Both the position numbers and the translations under genes were made by a program. From NCBI RefSeq assembly GCF_009914755.1, contig NC_060941.1: DNA of 64,000 nucleotides, one strand, 5' to 3'. This document shows, one piece after another, positions 38,419 to 54,300 of the stretch (its first letter is position 1; every line of letters starts with the position of its first letter). Source of the stretch: the human T2T-CHM13v2.0 reference genome, Homo sapiens. The notes beneath the pieces are model-generated. The model saw only the letters and a list, made by a program, of their open reading frames with translations. It ran no database searches and was not told where the DNA came from.

Positions 38419-40379
38419 AAGGCTAGCCGGGTAGGTTGGGAGGTATTAAGAGGACCTCAGTGCCCATCAAGAGTCTTTACTCAGTGGACGGTGGGAGCTC
38501 ATGCAGGGGTGTGCCTAAGCCTGGTGGGTGCCTGTGCCCCTTGCTCATCCTGCCGTATCTCCCCGGCCTCTCATCTTCCAGGCCATGCCTTGAGCTTATC
38601 TGGAACCTCCACCCTTAGCAGGAAGAAGGGTGAGCAATGGGTGGGTGCTGGGAGAATGCTGGGAGGGCCTGAGAGCACTGCGGGGTGCTAGGCAGAGGCA
38701 CCCTTCTCTGCCCCACTTGCCTCAGCCCTTCCCGCATGATGTTCCATGCTGCCTCTGGAGGGGTGAGGCTGGGAGGGGAGGGTATGGTGGGGTGGGAGAG
38801 GCCCTGGTCCCCCACCCGCAGAAGAGAAGCAGGAGCCCTCGATGATCACAGCCCTGGGATAGACACAGTGCCTCAGCCAAGGGTCAGGTACATGCCCCTC
38901 TGGAGGACAGGCTGTACCCCTCGGAGACTCATTGCATTGGCAGCTGGTCTAGGATGTGGGACAGTCTGCGGTAAGGTGAGTGGCCGGGGTTTTAGTGTGT
39001 GAGATGTGCAACGCCATTTTCACCTGCATCTGAGTTTCCAGCAGCTCGCAGGGTACCGGCCATATTGTTTCTCTATCTGGGTGCTGATCTCATGGGGTGT
39101 TTGTCTTGTGACCATTCACTGGGCTGTCCAGGTGCAATCTGTGCACCTTTCTCTGTGGTTCTATGCCTCACACAGGGTGTGCAGGGCACAGCATCCGCAG
39201 GGTGTCCTGGGCAGAGGAGAGGGGCTTCTGGCCGCACCAGGGGAGAAGGCACAGGGACCTCTGGCAGCCCAGCCCTCAGGACACAGTCAGGCCACGTGAC
39301 CTTCCCCCCAAGTGAGGCGCCCCTGGACCCACAGGGTTGGGTGTGGGGCTGCTCTGACGGCAGCCAGTCCCACGGGGCCTCTGAGTCACAGCCTCAGCCC
39401 ACCTGTGCCTTGGAGTCACTCCTGACAGCCCCACCCACCAGCTCTGTGTGATAAGGGACAGGTCCCTGCTCCCCGGCTCTGCTGAGGGAGGCGCCCCACC
39501 CGAGCCTTCCCCTCTGTCCTCTACATGACACCCCTGCGGTGGTAACCTAACTGTGTCTTAAAAACAAGCACTTGTCCCCTTTCCAAGTCCTGGGTCCACA
39601 TTCACGCATTTGCCTTTCAAAGGCACAGCTGGGCTCTAGTCCTCGCTCACCACAGAGGAAACACAGGGAAGCCCAGAGAAGCCAAGGTCGCACCGTCGCC
39701 CAGCGAAGGCAGAGCTGGGGCCAAGCCCTGGCCTTCGCACTCCATGTGGCCACTTTATCTCTGCCCAGCACAGGAGCTGCAAGGAAAAGACTCCAGGAGA
39801 GGAGCCCTGAGGGGACAGTGCCCCAGCCCACCCATGTCCAGTGAGTGGGCAGGGCAGGTGGGGCTGCGGACCCCAGGCTCAAGACCTTCTCACCAGCCAT
39901 CTTCAGAGGAGAAGCCAGCCCTGCCTCACCGCAGGACTACGCGCTTCTGCCCACTATGCAAGTGTGGCGAAGCCTGCAGCAGCTGCAGCCAGGAGCTGAT
40001 GGGCCGGGGCAGTGCCCCATTCTCCTGCGACAGCTGAGCTCCCACCCCAGATTCCCTGCTCCCACCAGGGGCTTCCCCACAGCAAGGACCACCTTCCTCC
40101 TCTGAGCCAGCCAGGCGGCCACTGGCCCAGTCTGGCTGGGGACAGGGCCCTGGGTGGTCTCTGTCCCCACCCTGCCTGTTCCTTCTCTTGGGCTGAGCCC
40201 AGTGCTGGGGTCAAGGATGGGGAATGGGTGCTCTTGAACTGCTGACTCACTGATCCCAATCAACAGGAGTTTGCAGGGGAAAGGTGAGCCCTTCCCACCT
40301 GGGGAAGGCGTGTCTTACTCTCCAAGTAGGCATTTCATGGCACCAGGCAGATGCTTGGGCATTTGCCATAGTGTAACTG

Positions 40380-41100
40380 TTCAGAACAGTTGCTCTCAGT
40401 TGAACAAATATTTCCAGAGCATCCACTGAGGGGCAGACCAGGTGTTGGGGCCAGGATGAGTAAAACACCATTCTCCGTCTCTGAGGCCAGGCGATCTGGC
40501 AGGCTAGACAGGGCTGAACACACCTTGGGTACCATGCGTGAGGGCCACAGGACGGGAGAGGTCCTGAGCCAGCACCAGGCGCATGGGTTAGGGTCCAGCC
40601 ATCAGCTGGAAGGGTCTCCTGTGGAGGTGATAACAGGGGCTTGAAGAGTGAGCCAAGGGGGCTGGCACTAGCAATGCCAGAGCAATGAGGGGCAGGCCGT
40701 GGGGAGACGGACGTAGTTCATCCTGCCAAGAGTGAGCTGCAGGGGCCAGGGTAGATGTGGGGGAGTTGTGGGCAAGGTGGGCCAGGACCTTGGGGAGAAC
40801 CCACAGTCCTGTGGAGGCGCTGTCTGGGAGCCCTTGGTGAGGGCGGAGCTGAGCAGGAGCAGGGCTTGCAGAAGAGACCTGGAGGGTGATGTCACAGGAG
40901 CCAGGGAGGAAGGGGACTGGGCTTGAGAGGCTTGAGGGCATTTGGGAGATTCCTTGGCAGGGGCTTGGTGATGGCTTGGGCGTGGGAAGTGAAGGAGAGG
41001 GAGGAACCTGGGAAGATCCCCGGCTTCTGGGCGAGGGGGTGGTGGTGATTCTGCCTGCAGAGAAGGGGTGGGGAGCCTGGGAGGGCCTGGAGGGAGGGAG
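40380..41100 (-). mobile_element. L2 LINE fragments
   Basis: gttgaacaaatatttccagagcatccactg...ccaggtgttggggcc and further diverged L2-like segments. Confidence 0.5.
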
Positions 41101-41840
41101 GAGTCCACAGTTCACACTAGGACGCCTGGGTTTTCCAGTGGCTATCTGACATCCGGGAGGAGGCCAGAGCCCAGCACACGGAGGCTCTAGAGATTCCAAG
41201 ACGATGAGGAGGCTGGTCCTGAGCTGACCTGAGCGGAAGGGGCCTGAGGGTGCAGAGGGAGGACGGGGCTGACAGCAGAGTCCTGGGAGCATCTTTAGAG
41301 GCCGTGGACCACAGCCAAGCCAGTAGGGAGCCCATCCAGGGAGGCAGTGGGTACAAAAACAGAAGAAAGCTGAAAAGAGCACCCTGGGACTCCAATATTC
41401 AAGGACCATTGTTTTAAGGTTTCTGATCTCCGCATTCAACAGTGACAAGGGCAGCAGACATCGGTACTCTCAGGCATTTGTACAGCACCTTCTGCACTTC
41501 AAAATGCCTTCCCTGCACCCCCAACACAGGGCTTGCAAATACAAAGCCAGGTGAGGAATGGCCCTAGGGCCCCCGTCCCAGCCCTCCCCAGTTTGCATTC
41601 ATTTGGTTCCTGAGCTAGGACGCTCCCTCCAGCTACCGGCATCTGGCTGCTGAGGTGGGGGCCGGGGGCCTGCCAGCCTGCTGTGTCCTTGCCCATCAAT
41701 TTTACCACCTGCGAGACGCCAGGAGAGGGCACATGAAATATAAAATGAGTTGAGGCATAAAAGTGTTTCGGAATAAAAATGATGTGTACTGGCAAGAGAT
41801 TACAGTTATTACAAGGACCGTGCGCTGCCGCCATCACTCA

Positions 41841-42764
<924 letters not shown>

Positions 42765-42844
42765 TCAAGCAAGGCTCACTGTATGTTAGTGCCTTGGCCT
42801 AAGTAGCAATATTAATTCTAGTACTGCGAGTCTAGCCTTCTGAA

Positions 42845-42945
42845 TTCCATTCATTCATTCATTCATTCATTCGTTCATTCATTGGATGAACATTCTTCCA
42901 GGCCTACTATGTGCCAGGAACTCTCCCAGATGGTAGAGACACAAA
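42845..42945 (-). mobile_element. L2 3' end with (CATT)n
   Basis: cattcattcattc...gcctactatgtgccagg. Confidence 0.65.
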
Positions 42946-42960
42946 GATGTTTCCAGCTAA

Positions 42961-43197
42961 TTATTATTATTATTTTTTTAAGACAGGGTCTCACTCTGTT
43001 GTCCAGGCTGGAGTGCAGTGGCACAATCTCGGTTCACTGCAGCCTTGACCTCCTGGGCTCAAGCAATCCTCCCACCTCAGCCCCCTGAGTAGCTGGGACT
43101 ACAGGCGCATGCCACCACACCCAGCTAGCTTTTGTATTTTTTGTAGAGACAGGGTTTTGCTATGTTGCCCAGGCTGGTCTCGAACTCCTGGGCTCAT
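42961..43197 (-). mobile_element. AluJ, 5'-truncated
   Basis: Antisense Alu. Confidence 0.9.
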
Positions 43198-43509
43198 GTC
43201 CCTATTTTTTTTTTTAAGTTGATGGATAGAATTTTCTTGGTTTTAAGTTTCTCTTTCATGCACTTTTATTAAAACATTGGCATCTGTTATCCGTAACTAC
43301 ATTAAGATCCCTCTAAGATAGTATCTGGCTGGGCCCAGAGTACCAACATTGAATGACCTGTGGTTTCCTAGGGCAGGATTTCGTGGGATTTTGCAGAGAG
43401 ACCCCTCACCCCGGCTCTGGGCCACCCTGAATAACAATGTCAAAAACGATCTGGTGGGCACCCTCTGGAGCAGGGTAAGGTGAGTTGGGAGAGAACATGG
43501 CTCTCTGCA

Positions 43510-43800
<291 letters not shown>

Positions 43801-44151
43801 TGGCTCTGTCTGCAAGCTCAGGTGTCTCAACGTCTGGTTCTACCACTACCGGCTGTGGGGCTCTGGGCAAGATGGGAACGTCACACCAGATGGCCCGGGG
43901 AGGCCCCAGGGGAGTACCCTGCTCACAGTGAGCACACACTCCACGGCAGCTGCTGTTACTAGGATGATGTGATGTTGTTGTGTTGTTGGTAGGACTAGGC
44001 CCATCCAGGGAGGGTCTCAAAGCTGGGTGGGGAGAGCTGGCGTGCCACTTGGGGAGCAAGGAGCTCCGTCTCTCAGCTGAGGCTGGACGTCTACCTCTCT
44101 GACACTGCAGGTGTGTGCGCCCCCTCCCTCCTGGGGATATCATGAGGATGA

Positions 44152-44803
<652 letters not shown>

Positions 44804-45769
44804 TGATCATCCCAGGCTCTGAGAAGGGCTGGCCCCTGCTAGTCTCGCAGGAAGGACCCTGCTGGCTGTGTGTGGTGTGCGCCGCGCTCACTGACCCCTC
44901 CGGGCCCCCTCCTTCCACCTCCCTTGCTGCCCTTCCGACGGGTGAGCGGGGAGAGCAAGGCATGAGCCCCCAGCGCGTTCTAGTCCTTCCTGCGTGGCTG
45001 TTTCCTGAGTGCTGCCCACTCAGCATGCACTACCCCCCCAGGCCAGGATGATGCTGGGCACACCAGGGAAGCAGGGAGAGAACCTGTCCTTGCCTTTGTG
45101 AAGGGGGAATCGTCGTAAGCAGGGAATGATTGCAACGTATGAGAGACTGTGGCATGGATTGTACCTGTCACCTCTCGGCCTCACCTTTCTGAGCCTCTGT
45201 CGGCCCTCAGGTCTATGCAGACTGCGCCTCTCCCTCCCCCTCACCAGGCAGCCAAGCAGCCCCTTGCTTCTTCGTCTGCCCTGGGGCCTCTTGGACCTCA
45301 CCTGCAGGACGTGCTCTGCACAGTTTCCTGCACACCTGCAAGTGTGTGGGGGCCTATGCCTGTGAGCCACCCTTGAGCAAAGGTGTAAAGACCGAAGGAC
45401 AAGGCCCCCCAGGCCCCTGCAAGTGGGTGGTTCATGAGCTTCCTTGGAAGGTCCCAAAGGACGGAGCTCCAGCCACCCCAGCAGTAGCCAGCTCCATGAC
45501 CCCCGTTCCCTTCCACTCCTGTGTCACTCCCTATCCCTCAGGGGAATGCAGCTAAAGCAGCAGTGTCTGGGGAGCACCCAGCAGGGCCGTGACTCAGGCT
45601 GGGGATCAGGGAGGGACTCCCTGCAGAGGTGACATTTAAGCCAAGCTCTGAAGCAGGAATGGGAGTTGTCCGGGCAAAGAGGCATCCTGGGTGAGGAAAG
45701 CAGCCTGTGCAAGGCCTCGAGGTAGGTGAAGCTGCTTGGGAGTAGCAACGGCAGGGTGGGAGGAGTAGG

Positions 45770-47520
45770 CAGTGGAGAGGATGGACACGGTGGAGGGGAG
45801 GGATGTGGTGGAGAGGGATGGACACAGTGGAGAGGAGGTACATGGTGGAGAGGATGGACGTGGTGGAGGGGAGGGACGCGGTGGAGAGGATGGACGCAGT
45901 GGAGAGGAGGGACATGGTGGAGAGGATGGACGTGGTGGAGGGGAGGGACACGGTGGAGAGGATGGACGCAGTGGAGAGGAGGGACATGGTGGAGAGGATG
46001 GACGTGGTGGAGGGGAGGGACGCGGTGGAGAGGGATGGACGTGGTGGAGGGGAGGGACACAGTGGAAAGGATGGACGCAGTGGAGAGGAGGGACATGGTG
46101 GAGAGGATGGACGTGGTGGAGGGGAGGGACACGGTGGAGAGGATGGACGCAGTGGAGAGGAGGGACATGGTGGAGAGGATGGACGTGGTGGAGGGGAGGG
46201 ATGCGGTGGAGAGGATGGACACAGTGGAGGGGAGGGAAGTGGTGGAGAGGAGGGACGTGGTGGAGGGGAGGGATGTGGTGGAGAGGATGGACATGGTGGA
46301 GGGGAGGGAAGTGGTGGAGAGGATGGACGTGGTGGAGGGGAGGGACACGGTGGAGAGGGATGGACACAGTGGAGAGGAGGGACATGGTGGAGAGGATGGA
46401 CGTGGTGGAGGGGAGGGACACGGTGGAGAGGATGGACGCAGTGGAGGGGAGGGATGTGGTGGAGAGGGATGGACGCAGTGGAGAGGAGGGACATGGTGGA
46501 GAGGATGGACGTGGTGGAGGGGAGGGACGCGGTGGAGAGGATGGACACAGTGGAGGGGAGGGAAGTGGTGGAGAGGAGGGACGTGGTGGAGGGGAGGGAT
46601 GTGGTGGAGAGGATGGACATGGTGGAGGGGAGGGAAGTGGTGGAGAGGATGGACGTGGTGGAGGGGAGGGACACGGTGGAGAGGGATGGACACAGTGGAG
46701 GGGAGGGACGCAGTGGAGAGGATGGACATGGTGGAGGGGAGGGATACGGTGGAGGGGAGGGAGGAGAGGGGAGGGACGCGGTGGAGAGGATGGACACAGT
46801 GGAGGGGAGGGACACAGTGGAGAGGATGGACACGGTGGAGGGGAGGGAAGTGGTGGAGAGGAGGGACGTGGTGGAGGGGAGGGATGTGGCGGAGAGGATG
46901 GACGTGGTGGAGGGGAGGGACACGGTGGAGAGGGATGGACACAGTGGAGGGGAGGGACGCAGTGGAGAGGATGGACATGGTGGAGGGGAGGGATACGGTG
47001 GAGGGGAGGGAGGAGAGGGGAGGGACGCGGTGGAGAGGATGGACACAGTGGAGGGGAGGGACGCGGTGGAGAGGATGGACACAGTGGAGGGGAGGGAAGT
47101 GGTGGAGAGGAGGGACGTGGTGGAGGGGAGGGATGTGGCGGAGAGGATGGACGTGGTGGAGGGGAGGGACACGGTGGAGAGGGATGGACACAGTGGAGGG
47201 GAGGGACGCAGTGGAGAGGATGGACATGGTGGAGGGGAGGGATACGGTGGAGGGGAGGGAGGAGAGGGGAGGGACGCGGTGGAGAGGATGGACACAGTGG
47301 AGGGGAGGGACACAGTGGAGAGGATGGACACGGTGGAGGGGAGGGACGCGGTGGAGGGGAGGGACGCGGTGGAGGGGAGGGAGGAGAGGGGAAGGATGCG
47401 GTGGAGAGGAATGGATGTGGTGGAGGGGAGGAACGCATTGGAGAAGATGGACACAGTGGAGGGGAGGGACGCAGTGGAGAGAGACGGATGCATTAGAGAG
47501 GGATGGACGTGGTGGAGAAG
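45770..47520. repeat. Large purine-rich VNTR, ~18-bp units (GTGGAGAGGATGGACRYR / GTGGAGGGGAGGGAYRYR) with 249-bp higher-order repeats
   Basis: Roughly 95 units. The diagnostic ATAC variant lies at 46744, 46993 and 47242. L2-like sequence flanks both sides. Confidence 0.97.
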
Positions 47521-49562
47521 ATGAGCGTGGTGGACAGGGATGGATAAGATGCTCAGCAATGGACGCAGTGGTCATCGGCGCCTTCTTGGCAGGCCACAGG
47601 GAGGAGTTTAGACTGCGCTAGGGCAAGGGGGAGCCACACAAGGGTTTGGAGCAGGAACTATTTTGGCCACTTGATGGAGACCGGATGCAGTGTTGGGGCC
47701 AGAGCAGGCAGGGAGACCCATTAGGAGGCTGTTCCGGTGACCCGGTAGGACGACAAGCAAGAACAACAGTGGGGGTGGGGAGAATACCCCCAAATTGTGC
47801 CATAGTCAGCTTCAGCATCTCATTCCGTGTGAATTACGAGGCTGGTCATGGTGAGTGTCGGGGCCTCCATGGATGCTCGGGGTGATTTCTCATGGATCCT
47901 GCAACCACGTCTCCCCTTCACAAGCCTCTTGCCAAGCCCTGCTGGCCCTGGTCCTCTGTGTTCTTGCTCCTTAGGTCAGTCTCAGACATTCCTGACACTT
48001 GTGCTTCGTGGCCCTTTCCCAGCCCTGGCTGGCATCTCGCGATGTAGAAGGGAGAGAGGCCAGAAGGAGAGCAGCTCAGCCCACGAGGAGGTGCCCATGG
48101 AGGCTGGCAGGGGCCCAGGGGCCCCCCTGCACTCTCCCCAGTTTTGAGACCTTAGGGCAGTCTCTCACCCTCCAGTCTTGGTTTCTCCACCTCTGAAAGA
48201 ATCACTTTTCCTTCCTGCCAGGAACTGAAGTCAAAGGCACGGCATTATTGAGACACATTGGGGAGCAGTGGGCCCAGCACTGGGACCCATGCTGGGTGTC
48301 CCAAGAGCACAGAATGTTGGCAGGGAGGGGCGGGGGCCAGGCAGGGAGCTCCCTGCTGCTCTACGGCTGCCCCACCTGCAGCCCTTCCCTTCACCCCACG
48401 CCCCAGTTTCCTCTGCTCTTGGGTGGCCAGTCACCCAGGGGTGGTATCCAGGGAGGTTCTTGCAGGCCCAGCTTCACTGGCCTGGAAGGGCTAAGCTACC
48501 TGGCCCAGGGGTGTGTCCACTTTGTCCTGGGCAGGCTATGGGCATCCCACAGGTGGAGTCCCATGGCAGGGCTGGAGCCAGGGGGTAACTCGGCAGGACA
48601 GAGGCCCAGCCACCAGGAAGCTCGCCTGCTGATGGCCAAGCTCAGGACACCTTGCACCACTGTACCTGAGGACAGGCTGTGACTGATGACAGTGGCTTCA
48701 TCCTCAGAGGGGAAGTGTCCTGGAGGGATGTGGCTGGAGGCACCCAGCCCTGCGGGAGCCCCTTTGAATGAGCAGATACCTCGGGAAGCAGGGTGAAGGG
48801 GGCAGAAACTGGGAACTCTGGATTTCAAGACTTGAAAGAAAAGTGCTGCATTGTGCGGTGGCATCTGCTTGTGGGGACAAGGGCTCCCTGGTGAGACCTC
48901 TCCATCCCCTCCCTCCCTCCCCCTCTGTCTCACACTCTTTCTCTCTCTCCCTGTCCTCCTATCTCGGCCTCGCACTCGGGTCGTGTTTGGTCTGTGATGT
49001 CACCACTCCCCTCCCTGTGGCTGCCATTCAGAGCTGGCAGTAATGAAAAGCACAGGATTCCCACTCACTGGGCCCCAGCAGCACTACAGAGACATGGAGC
49101 CCTTTGTTGCAAATAATTAACTTGGTCCCATGTTGCATAACATCCTAAAAAGCTTTCCTGAGCGAGCACCCGCCAGACACTGTGATCTCATCAATACTGC
49201 ATCGCATCGGACACTACTGCTGTGTGATTTCATTAAAAATTTAATTTGTGTTTTAAATCTGCAGTGTTCCCTTTAAAAGGATGGCGAGGGCGGGGGATGA
49301 AGAGAGTGACAGGCTTGGGTCTGGGGGTGGGCATTCCAAAGCAGAGGAAACCCCACGCCCCACAGGAGGTGGGGGCGGGGCTTCCCACTGGAGCAGCGGC
49401 CCCTCTCCGATTGGCTGGGCTTGGTCTGTGGCCTCTCCTGGTGCTGGAGGGAGAGTGATGGACCATTGATGGAAAATGCTTTTCTGAAGCTTAATGGTTT
49501 TCCCTTTCTCTCGGCCACCTCAGGCAGAGGGCTGCTCCTGGGAACCCAGACACAGGAGGATG

Positions 49563-50078
49563 GCCAGGTGGTGGTGCAGGTGGTGGTGCAGGTGGCGGTG
49601 CAGGTGGCAGGGCAGGTGGCGGTGCAGGTGGCGGGGCAGGTGGTGGTGCAGGTGGCGGTGCAGGTGGTGGGGCAGGGCAGGAGTGCCAGGTGGCAGGGCA
49701 GGTGGCGGTGCAGGTGGCGGTGCATGTGGTGGGGCAGGTGGTGGGGCAGGGCAGGAGTGCCAGGTGGCAGGGCAGGTGGCGGTGCAGGTGGCGGGGGCAG
49801 GTGGCGGTGCAGGTGGCAGGGCAGGTGGTGCAGGTGGTGGTGCAGGTGGCAGGGCAGGTGGCGGTGCAGGTGGCGGGGCAGGTGGCGGTGCAGGTGGCGG
49901 TGCAGGTGGTGGGGCAGGTGGTGGTGCAGGTGGCGGTGCAGGTGGTGGGGCAGGGCAGGAGGGCCAGGTGGTGGGCAGGCGGTGATGCAGGTGGTGGTGC
50001 AGGTGGTGGTGCAGGTGGCAGTGCAGGTGGTGGGGCAGGGCAGGAGGGCCAGGTGGTGGTGCAGGTGGCAGTGCAGGA
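49563..50078. repeat. 12-bp minisatellite (GCAGGTGGYRGK) with 36 CAGGTG
   Basis: Manual count of CAGGTG hexamers. Confidence 0.95.
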
Positions 50079-50225
50079 CGTGTTTTCCGGAGACCCCGTC
50101 CTCTGTGCCCCTCCAGACCCAGTGCCTACAGTGGTCAAGACCAGAGCTGCAGCCTCACTCCTGCCCTCCTGGCTGTGTGACCTCAGGCAAGCTGCTTGTC
50201 CTCTCTGAGTACAGATCACTGCCCG

Positions 50226-50315
50226 GAGTGTGAGTGGGGGCCTTGCCTGTCCCCAGCTCCAGGTTGCTGACAGGAGAGTGTGAGTGAAGGGCCTTGCCTG
50301 TCCCCAGCTCCAGGT
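50226..50315. repeat. ~40-bp direct duplication (period ~50 bp)
   Basis: gagtgtgagtg..gggccttgcctgtccccagctccaggt occurs twice. Confidence 0.85.
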
Positions 50316-51256
50316 CAGCACCCGCAGTGTCACTCTCACCCCCGTGTGGCTATGGAGCAGGCAGCCATTGGTGACTGGGTAGCAGACCCTCCGGAAAGGC
50401 TGCGGTTCTGTTTTCTTTCTTTGTCTAGACTTCACTCTCTTCCAGAGAGGATTTAAGCTGGCCTTCATCATCGGTGCTGCCTGCAGACCCGTCCCTGGGA
50501 TTTCGCTGCGAATGGGATCCTGTTGTTTCTAGACAGGGAACTCCATTGTGTTGGGGGGGGATTGGTTTCACTCCTGTTTCCAGTGAGCGGGGAGGGAAAG
50601 AGAGCTCAGGTTCTGGTTGGGGGAGGAGAGAGAGGAAGGTGAGGGGAGCACGGAGAAGGAGACTCTGGGGCAACTTCGTGATGCTGCCTGCCTGGCTCTG
50701 CCTGGGGACTCTTTGGTCCCGCCCGCCCTGGCCAGGCCAATTGTTTCCTGCGGAAGGCAGGGATTTGTGCATCTCCAACTATCTCCTGACAGTATGCCAG
50801 AGTGATTAAGCTAAGCCTCCCGGGGCCAGCAGAAGAGAGGGGACAAATTGCTTTGTGAAATTGATTTGCTGCTGTTAGCATTTACAGCTTGCCCTGGGTA
50901 CGCCCACAGTGTGAGGCGGCTGCGTGGGCGTCCTGCTCCCCCTTCCCTCTCCCGCAGCACACGGGCTCTCACTTGGCACCTGCGCACACATCACCTGTCG
51001 TGTGTCACATAGCCAGGCCTCAGGACCTGGACTTCAGTACCACTCACCTCAGGGCACAGGTCCAAAGTGTCCCAAATGCCCATGGAGGCAGACGGCCACC
51101 CACAGCTGCAGCCTGCAGAGAGAATTGCCCCAGAGACTCTTGGATAGGTGGGTTTCCCCAGGCCAGCGTGAGAGCTGGGGCCACGAGATCTGAGAGGACA
51201 CCTGGAGGCCCAGAGAGGAGGCGTGAGCTAGCCCTGGGCCAGGGTCTCCCCATCTC

Positions 51257-51656
<400 letters not shown>

Positions 51657-52116
51657 TGAACTCAGGTGAGCGTCATGAACCCACACGCCTGGGTGCTGGG
51701 GCCATTCAGAGAAGAGGCGGTGCTGGGACTGGTGGATCCTTCCAGACAGAGAAATGTGGCTGAGCATCACCACCCAGGAAATAGAAAGCACTGACAATTC
51801 GCCCAGGTGGGTCCCACTATGCATTTCAAGAAATGCGTGCTTGGTAACGGAGGCAGCATGGCCTCGGTGCACCCCAGGAGATGGGAGACTCAGGCTACGG
51901 GCGCTGCTGGGTATAGTAGCCTGCTTTCAGGCTCTCCTTGGGCACCAGCTCTGAGCAGGCTCTAGGCATGACTAGATGGTGGGAAGGGGGTCCAGGGAGC
52001 CATGAGAGGAGCAGCCTCAGCGTCTCTCCTGGGCTGGAGCCAGGTCCATCGCTCAGCTGCTGTGTAACCTCAGACAGGTGACTTCACCTCTCTGGGCTGT
52101 GGTAAGGGTTACATTA

Positions 52117-52441
<325 letters not shown>

Positions 52442-52689
52442 GAACAGTGCTGGTCAGTGGAAGCATTTGGCAAATCCTAGTTGTGACTGTTGCTGTTTTC
52501 CCCTCCCTTGAGATGCTCAGATGTTTGTCATCATACAAGGACGTGAGGGTGGGGCACACCAGCAGTGCTTCTGAGGTTAGGGGGCTCTTCAGTCCCAGGC
52601 CAGGGGGAAGGAAGGAAAGTGGGTCTCTCAGCAGCACCACAGACTGGACCCTAGCACAGCAGGCACGTCCCTTTAAAAATTTAAATTAA

Positions 52690-53150
52690 AAATATTTAAA
52701 TGGGGGTAAAATATACATAACATAAAATGTACCATGTTAACTGTTTTTGAGTGGAGCGTTCAGTGGCATTAAGCACATTCACGTGATTGTGGGACCATCA
52801 CCATGAGTCCCCAGAACTCTTTTCATCCTCCCAAACTGAACTCCGTCTCCATTAAATACCAACTCCCCATTCGCCCTCCCCCAGGCCTGGGCACCCCCCC
52901 ATTCTACCTCTGTTCCAGTTAAACCAGTGCCCAGCGAGACTCATGTAAGTGGAATGATACAGTGTTTGGCCCAGGAAGCCTTGTGTAAGTGGAATGATAC
53001 AGTTTTGACCCAAGGAGGCTGGTGTAGCTTCTACCTTTCCTCTATAATGAATAAGACTGCTGTGAACACGGGTGTAGAAATAGCTCTTCAAGACCATGCT
53101 TTTACTTCTTGTAGATGTGTACCCAAAAGTGGAATTGCTGGATCATATAC
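52690..53150 (-). mobile_element. L1MB-type 3' end
   Basis: aaatatacataacataaaatgtacca..ttcagtggcattaagcacattcac; internal 20-bp duplication at 52944 and 52984. Confidence 0.82.
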
Positions 53151-53394
53151 CTCCCTTTTAAAACAAATGCAGAAACTGAGGCTATACAGAAGGGCTCAGA
53201 GGTTTGCCGAGGGTCCCAGCCACCTCAGTGGCGGAGCAGGCAGCATTTCCCCACCCCAACTCTGTGGGTCGCTGGCACTATGCTCTCCCTCCCCAGCGTC
53301 TGTGTGGCCTGTTTTATTCCCAGGCTTTATAGAAGGCTCTCTGGAAGACATGAGCTGTGATGGATGCACCAAAGGAGGGTCATCACCATTCCTT

Positions 53395-53724
<330 letters not shown>

Positions 53725-54300
53725 TAGTTTTACTCACACTCTGACACCAAATGTGTGAGGGTTTTTTTTTTTTTTCCTACATCGACCAGTTCTTCAACTT
53801 TCCAGACAGCTGGGTGGCCTACAACTCACTTCAATTCTTACACTGACTACCTGTAGTTAGCACAGACCTCACATTTAAGGGTCAGTCCCACAAGATTGCC
53901 CCCTCCTTCAGACACCAATGACAAGTCCCAGGTTGTCACCAGTTCTTCTGGTTGACTGGCTATAAATCAGGGTTCCCATAACCCCCATCTCAGGTTCAAC
54001 AGTTTACTAGAATGACTCACAGAGCTCAAGAAAGTGCTTTACTTACTATTGCTGGTTTATTATAAGGGCTACAACTCAGAAACAGCCACAAAGAAGAGAT
54101 GCATAGGACAAGATACGGGGGAAGAGGCACCAAGCTTCCATGCCCTCCCCAGCACCTTGACCTGTTCCCCAACCCAGAAGCTCTTTGAACCCCATGTTTA
54201 GGGCTTTTTACGGAGGCTGCATCACACAGTCGTGCTTGATTAAATCATCCGCAGTTGGTGATCAACTCAATCTCCAGCCCCTCGCCCCTGTCCAGAGCTC
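53725..54300 (-). mobile_element. MER21-like LTR
   Basis: ctgacaccaaatgtgtg..., ggctataaatcagggttccca, ctagaatgactcacaga..tttacttactattgctggtttattataaggg. Confidence 0.75.

Noticed and set aside
45524-47621. Six long ORFs over the VNTR as genuine genes (extensin- or mucin-like)
   Set aside because: Fully explained by stop-free repeat units. No unique coding flanks or splice structure.
49563-50078. E-box array as a tandem CTCF array
   Set aside because: Units match only the AGGTGGC part and lack the upstream CC of the CTCF core.
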